Source: an uncultured archaeon
Lineage (GTDB): Archaea; Hadarchaeota; Hadarchaeia; Hadarchaeales; Hadarchaeaceae
DNA length: 11,067 nucleotides
Assembly (NCBI GenBank): GCA_937921735.1
Contig: CAKZTQ010000027.1
Coordinates: forward strand, 1-11,067
Reading direction: 5' to 3'
The notes under the pieces are model-generated. The model was not told the DNA's origin and ran no database searches. It saw only the letters and a list, made by a program, of their open reading frames with translations. The number at the start of each line of letters is the position of its first letter. The first letter of the stretch is position 1. Both the position numbers and the translations under genes were made by a program. Below, piece after piece: positions 6,875-11,067 of this stretch.

Positions 6875-7123
6875 CCTTTTCGGCCGGGCGCCCTATTTTG
6901 CGCGCCCGCCTGTGGCCCGCGGGCCCTCCCGGGGGGTGCTCGCCGCCCCCACGGGTCCTCCCGCGCCCTCCGGGCTGTCAAGCGCCTCGCCCGTGAAGTT
7001 GCGCACCTACGGCCCGCTAAAGGCGGGCGGTGCGCAACTTCCGGGCCGGGGACAAGCCCCACTCTGCGGCGCTTGACAGGGCCAGGCTGGGCGCGTTTCA
7101 CCCCAGGCGCCCGGCCGAAAAGG
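6875..7123 (+). promoter_or_regulatory. Large branched hairpin; putative Frpo-type single-stranded-DNA promoter
   Basis: Perfect stems of 18 bp (6875-6892/7106-7123), 12 bp containing TTGACA (6975-6986/7068-7079) and 13 bp (6995-7007/7029-7041). Unpaired region at the -10 position. AGGAGG and ATG 7142 lie directly downstream. Confidence 0.72.
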
Positions 7124-7141
7124 CTGGGCAAGGAGGTCAGC

Positions 7142-7450
7142 ATGGCGGCGTACTTTGGTGAGTTTGTCGTGTTGGGGGCCCAGGCCGAGGCCGCGGCCCG
7201 GGCCAAGGCCGAGGAACGTCTCAACCGGGAATACCAGCAGGAAGCCATGCACGCTACTGCACAGATTGAGGACGCCATCGAGAACCTCATCGACCTGGCT
7301 CAGCGACCGTGGCTGCGGCCAGTGCTGCTCCGCCACCTCCGGATCATCGAAAGCATGGTGGCAGAACTGGCCCTGGCTGTGGGCGATCCTCGTCTGGCTG
7401 AGCCAGAATGGCTCGGCCGCCCGGAGGAGGGGAGCCATGCGCGCGCCTGA
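7142..7450 (+). CDS. Hypothetical helical protein, 102 aa
   Basis: AAGGAGG RBS before ATG 7142; MAAYFGEF...; first gene after the hairpin promoter. Confidence 0.78.
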   Translation: MAAYFGEFVVLGAQAEAAARAKAEERLNREYQQEAMHATAQIEDAIENLIDLAQRPWLRPVLLRHLRIIESMVAELALAVGDPRLAEPEWLGRPEEGSHARA

Positions 7451-7721
7451 GCGCGCGCTGGCCCTGGCGGGGGATCCGGCCGACGCCCGGCCGGATCCGC
7501 AGCGGTGCCCGCGCTGCGGCGCATGGCTCCATCCCCTTTCGCCGGATCTTTGGTTTTGCCCTACCTGCAGCTTGCTTTGGCCCCCAGAGGAAACCAAGCC
7601 GACTCTTGGCATCCAGATTCCCTTGCCCTTGGACGTGATGGGGCTTGTGGGCTTTTTGGCGCCGCGGCCCCGGCGCTACTTCGACCAGCACGGAAATGAG
7701 GTCCTGAGGAGGGAGCCATGA
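7437..7721 (+). CDS. Zinc-ribbon protein, 94 aa
   Basis: GGAGGAGG RBS; CPRC...CPTC motif; overlaps both neighbours. Confidence 0.75.
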   Translation: MRAPERALALAGDPADARPDPQRCPRCGAWLHPLSPDLWFCPTCSLLWPPEETKPTLGIQIPLPLDVMGLVGFLAPRPRRYFDQHGNEVLRREP

Positions 7722-7915
7722 AGTGGTTCTTAGGGTTGGGTTGGGCCGTGGCCGCGCGGCTGCCGCGGCCCCTGCAGCTGCGCCGCTGGCTGCGGGAAAA
7801 AACGCGAGGGGTGAACTGCCAGCACCAATGGCACTTCATCGGCTGGCGCCCAGAGTTCACTGGCGCACGGCGCGTGTACCAGTGCCGCAAATGCCTGCGG
7901 TGCAAGGTGAAATGA
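7718..7915 (+). CDS. Small basic Zn-finger protein (CxHxW...CxxC), 65 aa
   Basis: ATGA overlap, GAGGAGG RBS, CQHQW...YQCRKC motif of the kind seen in small phage/MGE proteins. Confidence 0.72.
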   Translation: MKWFLGLGWAVAARLPRPLQLRRWLREKTRGVNCQHQWHFIGWRPEFTGARRVYQCRKCLRCKVK

Positions 7916-7926
7916 GGGGGTGAGCC

Positions 7927-8310
7927 ATGGCCATAAAAGGGACGGTCGTGTTTGTGGAGGCTCGCGGAAAGGCGGTGCGCGTGGGCGCGCGGTCCGAGGA
8001 TGGCTTGATGTGGTTTTGGACCACGACGGGCCCCGCTCCCTGCCGGGGCCAGGTCGTGGACATCCCCCCGGGCGCCAAGCCCGAGCCTTATCGGAGGAAT
8101 GGATCCGGGTTCGGGAAGGCCCCGGCGCGGCCGGAGGCCCCTCATTCGGCCACTCGCAGTGAAGAGGCCCTTCCGGAAGACGTGGCGCGCGTGCTCCGCG
8201 CGGTTGCGCTCAAGGCCGCGGCCGCGGTGTACTCCGGGCACGGGACCAGCGCTGTACCACTCGCGCTCCAGACCGCGGAACAATTTCTGGCCTGGCTGAA
8301 TGAAAAATAA
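7927..8310 (+). CDS. Hypothetical protein, possibly a phage-type ssDNA-binding protein, 127 aa
   Basis: Beta-rich N-terminus (IKGTVVFVE...VRV...WFW...GQVVDI), Pro/Ala linker, C-terminal RAVALKAAA...AEQFLAWL helices. The ORF is solid; the function is inferred. Confidence 0.55.
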   Translation: MAIKGTVVFVEARGKAVRVGARSEDGLMWFWTTTGPAPCRGQVVDIPPGAKPEPYRRNGSGFGKAPARPEAPHSATRSEEALPEDVARVLRAVALKAAAAVYSGHGTSAVPLALQTAEQFLAWLNEK

Positions 8311-8317
8311 ACCCCTA

Positions 8318-8346
8318 GGCCCGGGTGCTGCGCCCGGGCCCTTTTT
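8318..8346 (+). terminator. Intrinsic terminator
   Basis: GGCCCGGG(8318-8325)/CCCGGGCC(8333-8340) stem followed by CTTTTT, between convergent genes. Confidence 0.8.
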
Positions 8347-8378
8347 CCATGCCCGGGTGAGCCCACGAAGGCCTCAAG

Positions 8379-9131
8379 CTAGGTGGCTGAGTGGACAGGG
8401 CTTTTCTCCACAAGACCAACATCGCTCATATATAGAAGGACAGGTCGGGCCGTAGGGCCAAGCCGGTTTTTTACCACCTCAAGCACCCGCAGACCGTTCC
8501 CGACGTAAGAGAGTTTGAGCACCACATCTACTACGTGTTCCATCATCCTCGGACCCGCCAAGCCTTTCTTGCTCACTTGGGTTACAAGAAGGACGCAGGC
8601 ACCAGTTTGCCGGGCAAATCGCAGGCACTCCTGCCCCGCCTCTCGTTGGGCTTGGGGACTGCCCGGGGTCAAACTGGCCCGCACTGTCACCAAGGGGAGG
8701 GAGTCGACAATCAGAAGTTCCGCGCCTGCGGCCCGGCGCAGAGCCCGCCTTACCAGGAACTCTTCCAAAAATACAATGCCCGATGCGTCTTGAAGGACAC
8801 GCTTCGCTCGCTCCCGCACCACCTCGGCTCGCTCCTCCGCACACATGTACACCACCAGCCCGTACCGCCTAAAAACTCCCGCAACCTGTAGGGCTAGCGT
8901 GGACTTTCCCACCCCAGGCTCACCGCCCAGGAGAAGAACGCTCCCTGCGGGGAGGTCCGCAAAAAGGCCAAAGAGAGCAAAGCCTAGGGAAAATCTTTGC
9001 GGAGTCGCTCCAGGTTTTCTTTGGGTCTTTTCCTCCTCCTGGAATGGCAAAAACGCTCCCCAAGTGCCGCAGGAGGGGCAGACCGCAAGCGGCCCAGGTT
9101 CCACACGGCCACACCACCGGCAAAAGTACAC
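8379..9131 (-). CDS. radA: RadA/Sms-like protein lacking the C-terminal Lon-like domain, 250 aa
   Basis: YFCRWCG...CPSCGTW C4 zinc finger; GGEPGVGKSTL Walker A; YMCAEE; LLIVDS Walker B; LAGPRMMEHVVDVVL; KNRLG (compare RadA KNRFG). Confidence 0.85.
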   Translation of the reverse strand: MYFCRWCGRVEPGPLAVCPSCGTWGAFLPFQEEEKTQRKPGATPQRFSLGFALFGLFADLPAGSVLLLGGEPGVGKSTLALQVAGVFRRYGLVVYMCAEERAEVVRERAKRVLQDASGIVFLEEFLVRRALRRAAGAELLIVDSLPLVTVRASLTPGSPQAQREAGQECLRFARQTGACVLLVTQVSKKGLAGPRMMEHVVDVVLKLSYVGNGLRVLEVVKNRLGPTARPVLLYMSDVGLVEKSPVHSAT

Positions 9132-9148
9132 GCCAGATCTTAGGCTCC

Positions 9149-9445
9149 TCAGCCTGCCTCCTGCACGGCCTGGGCCAGGCGAACCAGATCGCCTTGGACG
9201 AGGCGAAGAGAAGCCTCCACGATGGCAGATTTGGAGGCCAGGGAGGGGGATAGACCCTGCTCCCGCCTTAAGCGAAGCCGCAGGTCCTCCAGGAGCTCTA
9301 CCGCTTTGGGGTTGAGGTAGAAGGTGACTTTCTGTTTCTCCGGTTTACTGGCTTGCGGTTTTGCTGGTATGCCTGCTTGCGGGCCAAGGAACACCGCCTC
9401 CAACCCCCGCAATTTCTCCTCATTAAGCGCCGCCCTTCTCGCCAC
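9149..9445 (-). CDS. Ribbon-helix-helix partition protein (ParG-like), 98 aa
   Basis: GTG 9445 with AGGAGG 9 nt upstream; overlaps the parA end. KVTFYL beta strand, then a helix, then the SKSAIVEASL helix; flexible N-terminal tail. Confidence 0.7.
   Translation of the reverse strand: MARRAALNEEKLRGLEAVFLGPQAGIPAKPQASKPEKQKVTFYLNPKAVELLEDLRLRLRREQGLSPSLASKSAIVEASLRLVQGDLVRLAQAVQEAG
9343..9382. repeat. Degenerate 8-bp tandem repeats (parC-like)
   Basis: GTTTACTG GCTTGCGG TTTTGCTG GTATGCCT GCTTGCGG within the linker of the parG-like gene. Confidence 0.5.
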
Positions 9446-10187
9446 GCCGCACCACCTCCTTGGCAATCCTTCTTAGGGCCTCGGCACCTTCTCCGTCAGG
9501 GTCGTAAGCGAGGATGGATTTCCTCGCCACCGGTGCCTCCCTGAACCGCACGCTCTTCCGCACCGGCGGAAGAAGAACTTCCTTAAACCGCTTCTCTAGA
9601 GCGTCCAATACTTCTTGAGCATGTAGGGTTCTTGCTTCATATAGGTTGGGAAGAACGCCGAGCAGGCGCAGGCCTGGGTTCAACCCGTCCTGGACCCGCC
9701 GGATCGTAGCGAAAAGCAAAGCTAGCCCCCGCAGGGCCAAGTACTCGCACGAAACGGGCACGAGGACGAAGTCCGCCGCTAGCAAAGCGTTGAGGGTGAG
9801 AAGGCCCAAGGAGGGCGGGCAGTCCACTAAGACCCAATCACGGCCGGGGACCTTGGCCAGAGCCCGGTGCAGCCGCTGGTGGCGGTCCGCAAAAGCAAGG
9901 AGTTCCACCTCCGCTCCCGCCAGGTCCAGCGAGCTCACGGCCACCTCGAATCCCTCGGCGCTTGTTAGGGTCGCCTCCCTCAGCTTTTCCGGCCAAAACA
10001 GAGCCTCATATACTGTCGCCCGCCCTTTGTGATCTTCCCCGAAAAGCCAGGCGGTGAGGGCCATCTGGGGGTCGAGATCCACCGCGAGGACGCGCTTTCC
10101 CATCTCGCTGAGCGCGGCAGCAAGGCCCACCACGGTTGTGGTCTTCCCCACCCCGCCCTTCTGGTTGGCCACCGCTAATACCGTCAC
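9423..10187 (-). CDS. parA: ParA/Soj-family partition ATPase, 254 aa
   Basis: VLAVANQKGGVGKTT deviant Walker A, VDLDPQ, DWVLVDCPPSLGLLTLNALLAAD, VRKSVRFREAP. Start taken as GTG 10187. Confidence 0.95.
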   Translation of the reverse strand: MTVLAVANQKGGVGKTTTVVGLAAALSEMGKRVLAVDLDPQMALTAWLFGEDHKGRATVYEALFWPEKLREATLTSAEGFEVAVSSLDLAGAEVELLAFADRHQRLHRALAKVPGRDWVLVDCPPSLGLLTLNALLAADFVLVPVSCEYLALRGLALLFATIRRVQDGLNPGLRLLGVLPNLYEARTLHAQEVLDALEKRFKEVLLPPVRKSVRFREAPVARKSILAYDPDGEGAEALRRIAKEVVRRGEKGGA

Positions 10188-10188
10188 A

Positions 10189-10360
10189 GCTTTCCAGTTT
10201 ACCAGAAAACTGGCTTTTTCACCTTCACCCCCGACCAGTTTACTATGTTCCTTTCGCCTTGCTGCCCATGCTTTGCACCGGCTGCAAGTGCATTGCCCAC
10301 CGGACGGGGCATGGCATGCGCTCTTACCCCTCGATGGCTTAACAGCATGCCAGCAAGCTG
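10189..10360. promoter_or_regulatory. Candidate centromere/operator repeats upstream of parA
   Basis: GCTTTCCA GTTTACCA GAAAACTG (10189-10212), GTTTACTA (10238-10245), GCTTAACA GCATGCCA GCAAGCTG (10337-10360). CCAGTTTAC occurs at both 10194 and 10235. Confidence 0.5.
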
Positions 10361-10445
10361 TCAAACCTTATAGGGTTGCTGTGGAGCAAGACGCGCTCGG
10401 TAAGCCCGTTTGCCCTCGTAGAAGCAAACAAAGGTGGAAGAGGAT

Positions 10446-10956
10446 TTACAGGATCCTGAAATCCGGAAATTTCCCGCGGGATCTAACAGAACGTGGACCG
10501 GTTAAGGGGCTCCATGGGCGACCGGCAAGGGTTGTTTCTGTGATCGCCCCAAAGTACGGCGATAGAACCTTAAGGATGTCCCCTGCTTCGAGGAGCTCCA
10601 GTCCGCGCACCCGGCTGAAGTGCTTGCTGTTCCGGGTAAGGAGCGGCAACCCTCTTCCCAGCCAACAGCCAGCGATTAACAAGTCCATCGCCCTTCGCCC
10701 GCAACTCACGATTGACCGCCCCAGCTCGCAGGGCTGATGGACGATCTGGGACCACGACGTGGACCGCTTGGGTTAAGAGCTCCGAGTCATGAAGCTGGTC
10801 AGGAGTCTGAGCACCGCAGGCCAACTCGAACAACGTTACGCTCGTCACGGCCAGCGGGACCTCTTGCAGGAGGTTCCTTGAGCACTTCCGCCGAGGGCGA
10901 TACCCCGGCAAAAAGTCGATCAGGATGTCCGTGTGTGCAACGACGTACCCGCCCAT
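10446..10956 (-). pseudogene. vapC: Frameshifted PIN-domain VapC toxin
   Basis: N-half (VVAHTDILIDFL...TSVTLFELACGA...ELRAKG) and C-half (MDLLIAG...LPLLTRNSKHFSRVRGL) are in different frames, switching near 10690. The first catalytic Asp position reads His. Confidence 0.8.
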
Positions 10957-11067
10957 TGCTTGCGGAGCTCCTCGATCGCAGCCCTGGTCCGCTTGGCTTC
11001 CTCCCGTGTCCGGGCCCCCTTCCGGTTCAGTAAGGCACGGCTGGCCTCCTCAGCCTCCGCATGGTCC
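10920..11067 (-). CDS. C-terminal part of a probable VapB-type antitoxin (5' end outside the window)
   Basis: Manual translation ...EEASRALLNRKGARTREEAKRTRAAIEELRKQWAGTSLHTRTS*; overlaps the start of the PIN gene as antitoxins typically do. Confidence 0.55.
   Translation of the reverse strand, partial: DHAEAEEASRALLNRKGARTREEAKRTRAAIEELRKQWAGTSLHTRTS

Larger units (their letters stand above)
701..10360. mobile_element. Plasmid-like or integrated mobile element (boundaries not defined)
   Basis: Resolvase, xis-like HTH, RusA, ParA/RHH, hairpin promoter with small genes, flanking TA loci, and no housekeeping genes. No att repeats identified. Confidence 0.75.

Noticed and set aside
6240-7140. 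tRNA, CRISPR array, retron msr/msd or group II intron
   Set aside because: No tRNA T-loop/CCA pattern, no regularly spaced direct repeats, and no cas or reverse transcriptase gene in the window.
5830-7290. ORFs across the GC-rich region (5830-6561, 6000-6521, 6544-7290, 6506-6850 and others)
   Set aside because: Arg/Pro/Ala/Gly-rich low-complexity translations without RBS or motifs; better explained by inverted-repeat DNA.
10188-10364. 59-aa N-terminal extension of ParA (type Ia HTH)
   Set aside because: Not HTH-like; the Soj-type sequence starts at GTG 10187 and the region consists of short repeats.
11059-11067. CATGGTCC at the window end matching the 6588-6599 palindrome, as a possible att repeat
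   Set aside because: Only 8 bp, inside a coding region and cut by the window edge; compatible with chance.

Overview
GC-rich window that reads as a compact mobile element (plasmid or integrated) between two VapBC toxin-antitoxin loci: an intact AbrB/PIN pair at left and a frameshifted PIN with its antitoxin end at right. In order it carries a small serine resolvase, an excisionase-like HTH gene, and a tightly overlapping + strand operon. The operon encodes a secreted protein resembling a membrane-fusion protein (MFP), a wHTH-AAA+-2TM ATPase, a 647-aa YdjM-hydrolase/MFP-like/thermonuclease fusion, a RusA-like protein and two small ORFs. Next comes ~900 bp of non-coding DNA full of nested inverted repeats, ending in a 249-nt hairpin with the layout of an Frpo-type single-stranded-DNA promoter. 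It precedes four small genes (two Zn-finger proteins, one SSB-like). A convergent parA / RHH parG-like / truncated radA operon follows, with 8-bp repeats. No relaxase, T4SS, Rep or capsid gene is recognisable. Main hypothesis (inference): the element passes through a ssDNA stage, and the membrane ATPase/YdjM/MFP/nuclease module is a non-canonical DNA-transfer apparatus. All calls come from reading motifs by eye; no searches were run.
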